A stretch of DNA of 64,000 nt, from positions 1,344,001 through 1,408,000 of the forward strand of contig CAVQEQ010000004.1 in assembly GCA_963711565.1 (NCBI GenBank). The letters run 5' to 3'. The position numbers were made by a program, and so were the translations under genes. Source of the DNA: an uncultured delta proteobacterium (lineage in GTDB: Bacteria; Desulfobacterota; Binatia; Binatales; Binataceae). Below the pieces are notes generated by a model. The model had not been told where the DNA came from. It searched no databases and worked only from the letters and a program-made list of their open reading frames with translations. Shown here in pieces: positions 30,565-42,134 of the stretch (positions are counted from its first letter, which is position 1; every line of letters begins with the position of its first letter).

Positions 30565-31698
30565 TCATGCAGTAGAGCGCAATGAATCGGCGATCGCGCG
30601 GCGCGTAGTCGAGAGCGCGGGGATTGCGGCGCTTATCAATCCGATCCCAGATGCGACCGCAACGCTTTCTGCCGCGACTCCCGGCATCAGATGGAGCCCG
30701 AACTCCGGCCCCATCAGCGACGGGCCGGCAATCCGAAGGGCGGCGTATGCAATCGCAGCTCCGAGCGCTCCCGCGACCGTGCCCATCAGCATGCCCTCGG
30801 CGAGGATGAGGCCGACCAGCGTGCGTCGGGTGAAGCCCAGCGCGCGCATCACCGCCAGCTCGTGACGTCGTTCGCGCACCGCCATCGCGGCCGTGTTTGC
30901 CGAGACCAATGCGATCACGATCACGACGATTCCCGCAAACAATTGCGCGCCGACGAACAGCAGCCGAAAATCATGAAGCTGCGATTGTGCCACGCCGAGT
31001 TCGGTCTGGGTTGCGGTCTCGAAGGGCGAGTTGGCGAAATGCCCGTCGATTTGCTTGAGCAACGGCTGCGCGAACTCGGACGCATCGGCTTTGACGAAAA
31101 AGACCGTCACCTTGCCTTCGAAAGCCTCCATCTGGTTGAGCCGATCGATCGGCACTATCACGAGATTCCTGGACACCTGGCCGTCCATCGTGCCCGCGAC
31201 AGTGAAACTCAAGTCCGTCGGCAGCGACAGTCCATGCAGGATAATGTTGTCGCCGACCTTCCACTGGAAGCGTCTGACCAATCCATTGCCGACCAGCCCG
31301 ACCGAGCGTGAATGCCCGAGCGCCGCAGCGGCGGCGGCCGAGGCCCAGTCAGGCCAGATGACGTGCAATTGATCGGGATCGACGCCGACGATTGGTATCA
31401 GCTCGCCGGCCTTGCGGTAGCTGGTCATCATGACGAGGTAACCGGTCATCGCGCTCACGTGCGGCAGGTCGCGGATAGTCTCGCCGTAGGCGGCGGGCAA
31501 CATGTAGTTGAACCCGGCCTTGTTGCCGCAAATCAGCCGCAGCGCACTCACGCGATCGCGCAGCAGGCGTGCCGCGACCGCGGGAACGCTCATCAGCGCC
31601 GCAAAGATAAGGGTCGAGACGGCGATCGACAGCACGCTGAGAATCGTACGGCGCCGATTGCGCAGCAGGTTACGGATGATCAGCGGAACGAACTTCAT
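30565..31698 (-). CDS. ABC transporter permease (MacB/FtsX family)
   Basis: RNLLRNRRRT, VRERRHELAVMRALGF, LILAEG. Confidence 0.88.
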   Translation of the reverse strand: MKFVPLIIRNLLRNRRRTILSVLSIAVSTLIFAALMSVPAVAARLLRDRVSALRLICGNKAGFNYMLPAAYGETIRDLPHVSAMTGYLVMMTSYRKAGELIPIVGVDPDQLHVIWPDWASAAAAAALGHSRSVGLVGNGLVRRFQWKVGDNIILHGLSLPTDLSFTVAGTMDGQVSRNLVIVPIDRLNQMEAFEGKVTVFFVKADASEFAQPLLKQIDGHFANSPFETATQTELGVAQSQLHDFRLLFVGAQLFAGIVVIVIALVSANTAAMAVRERRHELAVMRALGFTRRTLVGLILAEGMLMGTVAGALGAAIAYAALRIAGPSLMGPEFGLHLMPGVAAESVAVASGIGLISAAIPALSTTRRAIADSLRSTA

Positions 31699-31781
31699 TC
31701 TCGATCTGCCCGCGCCCCACAGTACGGACCTCGACACCAGGGAACGACCATCACGTTCGCGAGAGAATCTCCACTGATGCG

Positions 31782-32852
31782 CTATGGCCGCTGATTCGCA
31801 GCGCTCGTGGAGAAGACCAACGCGACTACGATCAAAACAGCGACATATATGACCGGATATAGTATTCGCGCGATCACGCGCACTCGTGCCGCGCTATCCG
31901 ACTGGTTCCGTTCAGTGATCTGATGGACCGCGACCAGCTCGACGATGCACGCGCAACTAAACCCGAAACTCATCAGAAAAAACGCATCGATGAAGGTCAG
32001 ATAGGGCACTTTCGGCAGGCTCGAGGATATCGCAAATAGAAAGGCGATTTCGGTCAGGACGGCGGTCAGGGTGATCGATATCTGCGTATAGTAGTCACTG
32101 GTCTTTATCCAGAACGCGGAGTAAGCAATCGCGACCATTGCAACCAGAGGCAAAAACACTTTCCAAATGTAGTACGCGTACCGGCGCTGAACGACCACGT
32201 CGATTTCAATCTCGGATGTCTCCTTGCCGGTTGCGCCGATGGCATGACGCTGCGCCGCCCCCTGCACGCCGAGTATCTTCCACTGCGCCAGCTCAACGAA
32301 GGGTTCGCTGCCAACTCCCGCTACCTGCTTGTCGTATTCCAGCATCATCGTGTCGCGCTCATCGAGAAACGGCACCACGAAGACTTCCAGCGACTCGGTG
32401 TCGAACGGGAAGCTTTCCAGATAGAGAGAGGTAGTGAGCTGCGCCTGGAACATTTCGAGGTAGTGGATAGTCCCGTCGGGGTCCCCCCTGATGTTGATGG
32501 TGATTTTTTCGCGTCGTGTGGTGGCGTTAATCATAAGAACGCGCGGGATCCAGATGCTATCGGGGTTGTACGATCGCTCCGCGGCGGCTCCAGCGGTGCT
32601 AAATGCCAGCCGCGGGTCTTTCCAAGTCATGAAGAGATAGCCGCTGATTTGGAAAAGCTCTCTGACTTCGTCAACGTCGATCAGGTTGGTCAGAAAGAGC
32701 CCGACCTTCACGTTGACCGCCTTGTTGTCAATCATCGGCGGGCTCAGCAATCCTGTATCGGTCTCTATTCCGGCCGCCCGCACGATCGCCGGAGTTAGAA
32801 TGCACAGTATCGCGGCGACCACGCTGCACCTTAAGACGCGACCCGCACCCAT
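31782..32852 (-). CDS. Pentameric ligand-gated ion channel (GLIC/ELIC-like)
   Basis: Signal peptide, WKDPRL, IWIP, FPFD Pro-loop, RR..YYIWK.FLP, LPKVPYLT..D, four TM helices. Confidence 0.88.
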   Translation of the reverse strand: MGAGRVLRCSVVAAILCILTPAIVRAAGIETDTGLLSPPMIDNKAVNVKVGLFLTNLIDVDEVRELFQISGYLFMTWKDPRLAFSTAGAAAERSYNPDSIWIPRVLMINATTRREKITINIRGDPDGTIHYLEMFQAQLTTSLYLESFPFDTESLEVFVVPFLDERDTMMLEYDKQVAGVGSEPFVELAQWKILGVQGAAQRHAIGATGKETSEIEIDVVVQRRYAYYIWKVFLPLVAMVAIAYSAFWIKTSDYYTQISITLTAVLTEIAFLFAISSSLPKVPYLTFIDAFFLMSFGFSCACIVELVAVHQITERNQSDSAARVRVIARILYPVIYVAVLIVVALVFSTSAANQRP

Positions 32853-32915
32853 CTTAAGGTAGCCGGTTATCTCGCCGCATTCGGTCATATCATCGACCTT
32901 GTGCTGTCAAGCCGG

Positions 32916-33500
32916 CTACTGCTTGAAGACGATCGGAGGGCCGCTTACCCGGTTCGCCTTGAGAGCGACTTTCACCTCGACGCGGTTGGCGATTTTGATG
33001 AAGGGGATGCCGCTGTTCATCCCGTAGTCCTTGCGGTCGAAGTACAGGGTCCCGCTGATCACGCCTGAGCCGGTACCTTTGCCGGACACCGCAAGTGTCA
33101 GCTTCTCGGATCTGGTGACTCCGCGTATGGTAAAGTTGCCGTCCACCTCAAAGGTGTTGGGACCGGTCTGCAAAAGTTTGGTTGATCTGAACGTGATCAA
33201 CGGATTCCGCACAACGTCGAAGAAGTCTGAGCTCTTCAGCTTGCTATTCTTCAAGCCGCTTCCGGTATCCACCGTGGCAGCCTGAATCTCGACGGCCAAC
33301 ATTCCTGTCGTCACCTCAGGCGAGGTAAATGTGAGAGTGGCGTTCCACTTGTCGAACGTCCCATTGATCGGCACCGAAGCTTGTACGTCGAACTTGATCG
33401 AGCTTTCCAGCGGCGTGATCGCGAAAACCGGAACCCCCTGTGCCAAACTCACTGAGGGAATCAACGCGGACACGAAGACGCAGATGACAGTTAGTCGCAT
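32916..33500 (-). CDS. YceI family protein
   Basis: Signal peptide, LKSSDFFDV, ITFRST, GNFTIRG, DRKDYG. Confidence 0.9.
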   Translation of the reverse strand: MRLTVICVFVSALIPSVSLAQGVPVFAITPLESSIKFDVQASVPINGTFDKWNATLTFTSPEVTTGMLAVEIQAATVDTGSGLKNSKLKSSDFFDVVRNPLITFRSTKLLQTGPNTFEVDGNFTIRGVTRSEKLTLAVSGKGTGSGVISGTLYFDRKDYGMNSGIPFIKIANRVEVKVALKANRVSGPPIVFKQ

Positions 33501-33637
33501 GGCGAAAAGTGTCAGTGTTCCCTGCTGCATTGTCAATCGAGATCGCCCGGGGCGGAAAAGTCCGCGTGTCCGCAGTCCTAAATTCGACCCTTCGAGCATT
33601 CGCGACAAGATCGAACTTACTGTTACGATTGTAGCCC

Positions 33638-35157
<1,520 letters not shown>

Positions 35158-35161
<4 letters not shown>

Positions 35162-35766
35162 CGCGGCTCCCCTCGCACTACTACGCGATCGTCGATCCGT
35201 CCGGCGGACACGAGCCGGTCGCGCTCGCGGAGACTCTGCTCGACGCTGGCGCTCGAATCATGCAAATCCGCCTCAAGGATTCGGGCGGCCGCGATTTTCT
35301 GGCCGCCGCGCGTGCGATTGCCGAGATGTGCCGCAAGCGCGGCGCAACTTTAATCGTCAACGACCGGGTCGATATCGCGATGCTCGCCGGCGCGCACGGC
35401 GTCCATCTTGGACAAGAAGATCTCCCGCTCGAAGCTGCGCGGCGCATCGCCGGTCCCGGCATGATGATCGGAATCTCGACCCACAACGTCGAGCAGGCGC
35501 GCGCGGCTGAAGGCGGCGGCGCTGACTACATCGGCTTCGGCCCGATGTATCCCGGTGGACTGCGAAACAACGCCGCCGGCATGGGCCTCGACCACCTCCG
35601 CGCGATCCGCGCCGCGGTGAAAATTCCAATCGTCGCGATCGGCGGCATCACGGAAGCGCGCGTCCCGGAAACACTCGCCGCCGGCGCCGACGCCGTGGCA
35701 ATCATCACGGATGTGCTGAACGCGCCCGACATCGCAGCCAAAGTCCGTGCGATCCTCGCGATTTGA
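35158..35766 (+). CDS. thiE: Thiamine-phosphate synthase
   Basis: QIRLK, IVNDRVD, GVHLGQED, VAIGGI; ATGA overlap with ntrC. Confidence 0.93.
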
Positions 35767-35798
35767 ATGGTCCGTGATATCTGTTCATGCTCTCATAC

Positions 35799-36035
35799 AT
35801 GGCAGGTATAAGAGCGCGGGTTGCCGAACGCGGCCACGTGACTATTCCGAAGCGGCTCCGCGACAGCCTTGGGCTTAAGCCGGGTACGGTACTTGAGTTC
35901 AGCGAAGAACACGGGAAGTTGATCGCAGTCAAAAGCGGGAGCATCGATCCGGTTGGCGAGGTGCTTGGCTGCCTGGGCAAGCGACTCAATACTGACGCCG
36001 TAGTGGCGCGGCTTCGCGGACGTCGCGCTCGCTGA
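35799..36035 (+). CDS. AbrB/MazE/SpoVT family DNA-binding protein (orphan antitoxin-like)
   Basis: RGHVTIPKRLRDSLGLKPGTVLEF. Confidence 0.82.
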   Translation: MAGIRARVAERGHVTIPKRLRDSLGLKPGTVLEFSEEHGKLIAVKSGSIDPVGEVLGCLGKRLNTDAVVARLRGRRAR

Positions 36036-36047
36036 TCTACAGTCGAA

Positions 36048-37289
36048 TTACGCAGTAACCGGGAGCGGCGCGGTGGTCTGGCGGGCCTGCTCGGATTCGA
36101 AGGAGCGGCACGAGTATGTTACTGCCGCGCCTAACAGGCACATCACGACGAATACTTCGAAGGCGTTCACGTAGCTGCCGGTTAAGTCGTAGATCTTGCC
36201 GGCGCCGACCGGGCCGACGAATGCGCCGATCGTGTTGAAGATACCGGCGATGCCGCCGATCGAGCCGAAGCGCTTGAGCCCCAGCGACTCCGCCACCAGC
36301 ATCGGGATCAGCACCAGCGGCGCGCCGAGCGACAGGCCGAAGAGCAACACGAACGGGATCAGTACGGTGGTTCGCGCCGCGCCGAATATCAGGATCATCC
36401 CGACGCAGGCGACCAGAAAGTTGAACGTCAGCGCGATTCTTGCGCTCACGCGATCCGCAAAGAGGCCCATCCCGAGTTTGCCGAACGCCGCGAACACCAG
36501 TATCAGGCTCGCAGTTCCGGCAGCGAACGACGGAGTGTAGCCGAGTTCGGTGAGATAGGTGATTAGATGCAACCCCGCGCCGGCCGCGACCGCGGCGAAA
36601 AAGAACTGCGCCGCCGAAATCATCCAGAATGAGCGCGAGCGGAACGCTTCCCGCAGTTCAAACCCGGGCAAGGCGTCGCTGGCCTGCGCGACGCTCACGC
36701 TTTCGGCCTGCGCCGGCCGGGTCTTCACTACGAAGATGATCAGCGGGATCACGATGATGAACATGGGGACTGCGAGCGTGACGTAACCGGCACGCCATCC
36801 GCTGTGCACGATCGCGAAGTTGCCGACCAACGTCATCGCAGCGCCGCCGAGCGAAGTGCCCGCGAACGTCAGGCCCATCGCCAGCCCGCGCCGCGCACCG
36901 AACCAGTTGGCGATCACCAGCGAGCACGGCAGCAGCGTCGAAGCGCCGATGCCGACGCCGAGTAGCACGTAAGCGCCGAACAGCGGGCCGAATGAATCGA
37001 CGCGGCTCGCGATCACAAAAGAAGTGCCGGTCATGAGCACGCCGGCCACCATCACGACCCGCGCCTCGACGCGATCGAGCAGCCATCCGAACAGAGGAGC
37101 GCTAAGGCCGGCGGACAGCGGCAGCGCGGCGCCCTGGAGCGTCGAGAGCTGCGTGCGCGACCATCCGAAGTGCTTCAGCAGCTGGGGAAAGAACAAGCCG
37201 CCGGTGTTGTAGCCGGATCCGAAAACGAACACGAGCACTACGAAGAGGCTCGCGACGATGATCCAACCCTGTCGTTCCCGATCCGTCAT
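36048..37289 (-). CDS. MFS transporter
   Basis: 12 TM pattern, GWLLDRV, WFGARRG, GLFADR. Confidence 0.9.
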   Translation of the reverse strand: MTDRERQGWIIVASLFVVLVFVFGSGYNTGGLFFPQLLKHFGWSRTQLSTLQGAALPLSAGLSAPLFGWLLDRVEARVVMVAGVLMTGTSFVIASRVDSFGPLFGAYVLLGVGIGASTLLPCSLVIANWFGARRGLAMGLTFAGTSLGGAAMTLVGNFAIVHSGWRAGYVTLAVPMFIIVIPLIIFVVKTRPAQAESVSVAQASDALPGFELREAFRSRSFWMISAAQFFFAAVAAGAGLHLITYLTELGYTPSFAAGTASLILVFAAFGKLGMGLFADRVSARIALTFNFLVACVGMILIFGAARTTVLIPFVLLFGLSLGAPLVLIPMLVAESLGLKRFGSIGGIAGIFNTIGAFVGPVGAGKIYDLTGSYVNAFEVFVVMCLLGAAVTYSCRSFESEQARQTTAPLPVTA

Positions 37290-37348
37290 CAGATGGTCCC
37301 TGCCCGAAACTTATAGCGGCACGACGGCGGATCGTCGAGTGCGAAAAG

Positions 37349-38026
37349 CTATTCGAGCGCGGTCATCGGGATGAACCCTTCGAGCCCGCTCTTCATCCGG
37401 ATTCTCATGTAGTTCAGCGACACGCCGACGACGTGGACATTGTGGCCCTGGTGAACCTCGGCGAGCTTCCTGGCCCATCGATTCGGTTTGTCGAGCACGC
37501 CGGCGTCGTGCGAGAGCACGAAGACCTTGTCGGCCGGCTTGACCAGTTCGACCGCCGACGGATCGATATAGCCGGTCTGTCCGGACTTCAGCCTGACCTG
37601 CAGATAGTAGTGAGTGGAGCCCGTCACGTCAACGAATTTGCCTGCGGACATCTGCTCGAGGTGCTTGCTGCTTTTCGCGGGCGCGGAGTAAACGGGTCCG
37701 TCCTCGAGCACCTTCAGCCGCGCCTGCGCCGGTTCAATCTCCGGCTCGCGGACGCTGTGTCTACTCGACGCGTGGTGCGACGGCGACGTCGGCTTCATCC
37801 CCGCCGGCGCTGGCACGTAGGTGCCGGACGGTGCAGACGGACTCGTCGCCGACGATGGGGGATTGACCGGCGCAGCGCCGTTCGGACCTTCCGCGGGGAC
37901 GACGGACGTCGAGGGCACGTCTTCCTCGCCGATTCCCGCCGCAAATGCCGGCGCTGACAACGCCAACGCCGTCACGGCGGCCATCAGAGCCACTGTCCGT
38001 GCCAGACGAAAACTGCGATGAACCAT
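37349..38026 (-). CDS. Secreted protein with two SH3-like domains
   Basis: Signal peptide, Pro/Ser linker, repeats YLQVRLKSGQTGYI and YMRIRMKSGLEGFI. Confidence 0.7.
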   Translation of the reverse strand: MVHRSFRLARTVALMAAVTALALSAPAFAAGIGEEDVPSTSVVPAEGPNGAAPVNPPSSATSPSAPSGTYVPAPAGMKPTSPSHHASSRHSVREPEIEPAQARLKVLEDGPVYSAPAKSSKHLEQMSAGKFVDVTGSTHYYLQVRLKSGQTGYIDPSAVELVKPADKVFVLSHDAGVLDKPNRWARKLAEVHQGHNVHVVGVSLNYMRIRMKSGLEGFIPMTALE

Positions 38027-38061
38027 CTTCCTCTTCCTCCCCCTCAGCTTGCACTTTTATT

Positions 38062-39819
38062 CTAGCAGGCGCCGCACACGGTGCATCGCTCAACGTCGCA
38101 CGGCGGACTCTGATGCTCATGATGAGCCTTCTTGCGTTCGGCGAGCAGGAACCATTTGAAAATGTGATGATCGATAAAGTCCCACGGCAGCAGTTCGTCG
38201 TGGAAGTAATGGCGCGTGACGAAAAAATCGGGATCGGGCAGCGATGAATTCTCGCCCGCCTCGACCTCGCGATGAATCTTGGACAACTCGTGCCAGATGG
38301 GTCCCGCAGTTTCGCATCCCGCGGCTTCGAGCCGCTCGAGGATGCCGCTGACGCGGCGATCGCCGCGGGAGACCATAGTCTGGAAATACGCCTCGCGCGG
38401 CGACTCGGCGTCGAGCTCGACCTGCCCCAGGCGCGAGAGGCTCTGGCGCAACATCGCGACCTTGCGCTTGATCGAGCGCGCGTCCTGCATCGGATCCCAT
38501 TGAAATGGCGTCCACGGTTTGGGCACGAACGGATTCAGCGATATCGTCACCGAGCCTATGCGGGTGCGACGGGTACGAGCGCGTTCGAGCACTTTGGCCA
38601 CGAGGTCGGCGATCGCGAGCACGTCCTCGTCGCGCTCCTCGGGCAGGCCGATCATGAAATAAAATTTCAGATTGCCAACGCCCTCGCCCAGCATCATCTC
38701 GGCCGCGTGCAGGATCTCTGCCTCGGAGAGATTTTTGTTGATGACCTTGCGCATCCGCTCGCTGCCGGCCTCGGGCGCGACGGTCACGCTCTGATTTCCG
38801 CCGCGCGCCAACGCCGATGCCAGCGCGGGCGAAATGCAATCGGCCTTCAACGACGACGGCGACAGCCGGCCGCCACGATCGACCACCGCCGACGCGATGT
38901 CGGCGACGCCGGGCACGCTTGCCATCTCGGCGCCGACGAGGCCGATCACCTTGCGCTCGCCAAGACCGCGCTCGGCCTCGGCGATCAACACTTCAGGCGC
39001 GCGGTAACGAATCGGGCGATACATGAAACCAGCCGCGCAGAAGCGGCATCCCCATTGGCATCCGCGGCTCGCCTCGACCAGAAACATATCGCCAAAGACG
39101 CTCTCTTCGGTGAGAATCAGCGACGAGGTAGTGAAGCGGTTGAGGTCGCGAATCAGGCGACGATTCACCTGCGCGCTGCCAGGACCGCTGTAGTTCACGG
39201 TGGCGAGGCGGCCGGCGTCGTCGTAAACGGGAATGTAGAAGTCGGGAAGATATGCGCCCGCGACGGATGCGAGTTCGCGCAGTTGATTCGGCGAGCCGCG
39301 CGTCGCGTCCCAACGCTCGATGAACTCCGGGACCATCTCCTCGCCCTCGCCAATCAGAAACAGGTCGATGAAATCGGCGATCGGTTCGGGATTGAGAAAA
39401 ACGGCGGAGCCGCCGGCGATGATCAGCGGAAAATTACGGCCCGCGCGATCGGCGCGGCGAGCAGGAATCCCAGCCATGCGCAGCACGCTCAAGACGTTGA
39501 GATAGTCAGTCTCGAAGGAGATAGAAAACGCGAGGATGTCGAAGTCGGAGAGCGGACGGCCGCGCTCGAACGATACGAGGCGCTCGCCGCGCTCGCGGAA
39601 GCTGTCGCGCTCGTCGGCGTCGGGCAGGAATGCGCGATCGGCGGCGACCGACGGATCGGATTCGAAGATATGGAACACGGCCTGGAAGCCGAGATTCGCC
39701 ATCCCAAGCCGGTACGTGTTGGGATAGATGACGCAGACGGAAATGTCGCCGCCGGGCTGGCGCGCGTAGAGCACTTTTTCGCGCGCGATGCGCTCGAGCG
39801 CGCGCTTACGCGGGTACAT
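38062..39819 (-). CDS. Radical SAM protein (B12-binding-like N-terminus)
   Basis: RGCQWGCRFC CxxxCxxC, YFMIGLP, FVPKPWTPFQW, C-terminal CxxxxCxxCGAC. Confidence 0.9.
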   Translation of the reverse strand: MYPRKRALERIAREKVLYARQPGGDISVCVIYPNTYRLGMANLGFQAVFHIFESDPSVAADRAFLPDADERDSFRERGERLVSFERGRPLSDFDILAFSISFETDYLNVLSVLRMAGIPARRADRAGRNFPLIIAGGSAVFLNPEPIADFIDLFLIGEGEEMVPEFIERWDATRGSPNQLRELASVAGAYLPDFYIPVYDDAGRLATVNYSGPGSAQVNRRLIRDLNRFTTSSLILTEESVFGDMFLVEASRGCQWGCRFCAAGFMYRPIRYRAPEVLIAEAERGLGERKVIGLVGAEMASVPGVADIASAVVDRGGRLSPSSLKADCISPALASALARGGNQSVTVAPEAGSERMRKVINKNLSEAEILHAAEMMLGEGVGNLKFYFMIGLPEERDEDVLAIADLVAKVLERARTRRTRIGSVTISLNPFVPKPWTPFQWDPMQDARSIKRKVAMLRQSLSRLGQVELDAESPREAYFQTMVSRGDRRVSGILERLEAAGCETAGPIWHELSKIHREVEAGENSSLPDPDFFVTRHYFHDELLPWDFIDHHIFKWFLLAERKKAHHEHQSPPCDVERCTVCGAC

Positions 39820-39924
39820 TCGACGACTCCGACATGATCACACAGAGTATCGCCGCGCGGATAGCACGCTCAAGAGGAGTATAGAAGCGGTAGTGGCCGG
39901 TTATGAGGAAAGCCGCGATTCAGG

Positions 39925-40347
39925 TCACGGGCAAGGCGTCGCACTCTCCGTGCAGGCAAAGACTCCGGAATCGCCTTCTACAGTTGCTACTTCGCCGCTG
40001 AGCTTTTTGGACTTTACTTTTGCGGTCAATTGAGTTCCTTCTTCCACACACTCGAAGGCGTTCGCAGATGCATCGAATGAAGGCGACTTGTAACCGCCTG
40101 TCGGCAGGCACGTACAGCCGTAGTCAGTGCCGTCTACATCAAGATTAAAATCTATAGAGGGGGACCCCGTGTAGAATTCAAAGCAAGCGGTCTCAGGCCC
40201 CGTGTTTGCTTTTACGGTGCAGTTGTAAGAGTTGCCTACGAGCTTGTCTGCGCAATTTCCCCCCGCCTGGGAAGGAGAACTAGCGAACAAGACCGTCACA
40301 ACCGCAGGAAACATCACGACTGTCGGAAACTTGCCTATCGAATTCAT
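39925..40347 (-). CDS. Hypothetical secreted Cys-rich protein
   Basis: GGAGG RBS, signal peptide ending SQA, eight Cys; AT-richer than the flanks. Confidence 0.65.
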   Translation of the reverse strand: MNSIGKFPTVVMFPAVVTVLFASSPSQAGGNCADKLVGNSYNCTVKANTGPETACFEFYTGSPSIDFNLDVDGTDYGCTCLPTGGYKSPSFDASANAFECVEEGTQLTAKVKSKKLSGEVATVEGDSGVFACTESATPCP

Positions 40348-40458
40348 CGTCCGATCCTCCCTGCGTCCTGGTATCACATTCGGGCAGAGTTGCGTCAAAT
40401 CGTTGATTCACCGGCGCGGAATTTCAAAAGCGTCCACTACCATCGAAGCCCTTGGGGC

Positions 40459-41268
40459 TCAGCGCTTCCACGCCATGTACGCGAAAAACTCGGGTGGTTC
40501 TCCCTTGAGAATACCGGAGGGCTCGGCGGCCAAAATCGCGGCACGCACGTCGCGCTCGAAGGCCTCGACGCGGTCGCCGAGCACCCGGCGGCTGCAGTAT
40601 GACATCGAGTAGAGATTCCCCATCATCGAGTCGATGGTCCATTCGACGTCGAAGGATTCGCAGTAGCTCAGCAGATCCTTGAAGCGAGAGCGCGCTAGGT
40701 ATACCTCGTGACGTTCCTCCGGCGGCGGACCCGGAGGCTCCCAGGATATCTGCCGCTCGGGCAAATAGCGCTTCAGTACCGTGTTGATCGCTGCGCGCCA
40801 TCGCGACGGCGGCGGAGGAGGAATCGGAGCACCCTCGCCGACCACTGCGATGCCGCCGCCATCCGTCACGAGATCGTAGAGCGCGTCGAGCGTGCGCGCG
40901 CGATCCATCCAATGAAACGAGTTGCCCATCGTAACGAGGCGGAATTGTCCCAGCTCGCGCGACAAGTCCTTCGAGCCGCCGAAGCGCCACTCGATGTTGC
41001 CGATACCGCGTTCCCGTGCGATGCGCTCGCCCTCTGCACGCATCGCGTCGTCGGGATCCACCGCGAGAACTTCATCGAACAGATGCGCGAGCGCAATCGC
41101 GACGGGACCAGGGCCGCAACCGAGATCGAGCAGCCTGCCGGTGCCGTCGAGCCGAAAATTCTCACGAAGAATCCTGACGAGCGCCGGCGGATACTTGGGG
41201 CGATAGCGCGAGTAGTACCACGCGGTGCCTTCGTAGATGGTCAGGTCATACTTGTCGCTTTTACTCAC
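40459..41268 (-). CDS. Class I SAM-dependent methyltransferase
   Basis: YRPKYP, LLDLGCGPG, SFHWMD; GTG start at 41268. Confidence 0.88.
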   Translation of the reverse strand: MSKSDKYDLTIYEGTAWYYSRYRPKYPPALVRILRENFRLDGTGRLLDLGCGPGPVAIALAHLFDEVLAVDPDDAMRAEGERIARERGIGNIEWRFGGSKDLSRELGQFRLVTMGNSFHWMDRARTLDALYDLVTDGGGIAVVGEGAPIPPPPPSRWRAAINTVLKRYLPERQISWEPPGPPPEERHEVYLARSRFKDLLSYCESFDVEWTIDSMMGNLYSMSYCSRRVLGDRVEAFERDVRAAILAAEPSGILKGEPPEFFAYMAWKR

Positions 41269-41281
41269 TGGCGGGAAGGCG

Positions 41282-42134
41282 TTATGGCGCGATGCGGTCG
41301 GGGCGCGTGTAGATGTTGAAGCTGCCGTCGCGCAAGAAGCCGATGAGCGTCGTGCCGATTTCTTCGGCCAGCTCGACCGCCAGCGATGAAGGCGCCGAGA
41401 CGGCCGCGAGAATCGGGACGCCTGCAGCGGCGGCCTTCTGCACGATCTCGAAACTGAGCCTGGCCACTGACCATCATTATATGTCGCGCCAGCGGGACCA
41501 TCGCATTTGTCAACGCATAACCGATCACCTTGTCCACCGCGTTGTGACGCCCGACGTCCTCGCGTATCGCGAGCATCGTGCCGTCGAGGCTGAAGATCGC
41601 GGCGCCGTGGAGGCCTCCGGTCGCGGCGAACACGCGCTGGCCCGCGTGGAGTTTCTCCGACAGCGCGAGCAGCGTGGGCGGCGTGACGAGCGCGGAATCC
41701 GCGGGCGGCGCGACGCGGCGTCGAATCGAGTCGATGCTGGTCTTGCCGCAGACGCCGCAACTCGAGCTCATCACGAAGTTGCGCTTGAGGCGGGCGCGCA
41801 GTCCGTCGGCTGGAACATTCAGGATAATGTCGATCGCGTTTGGCTCCGGCGCGCCCTTGCGTCCACGCACTCGGCGAATCTCGTCGAGCTCGCTCGCATC
41901 GTTGATGAAACCCTCGGCGAAGAGAAAGCCCGCCGCCAGTTCCTCGTCATGCCCCGGCGTGCGCATCGTGAGGGTGAAGCGGCGGCCTGCGAGTCGAATC
42001 TCGAGCGGCTCTTCGACGGCGAGTTTCTCCGCGCGTTCCGCAGTCGTGCCATGATGCCATTTGAGTGCCCGATGCTCTCGAACTTCATCGGCCGGTTCCT
42101 CATGCACGGAAATGTGCGCGGAGTCGGTTTTCAT
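41282..42134 (-). CDS. fdhD: Formate dehydrogenase accessory sulfurtransferase FdhD/FdsC, with a one-base insertion near 41461
   Basis: [31 protein letters not shown]; the C-terminus [10 protein letters not shown]...SAPSS is in another frame. Confidence 0.92.
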
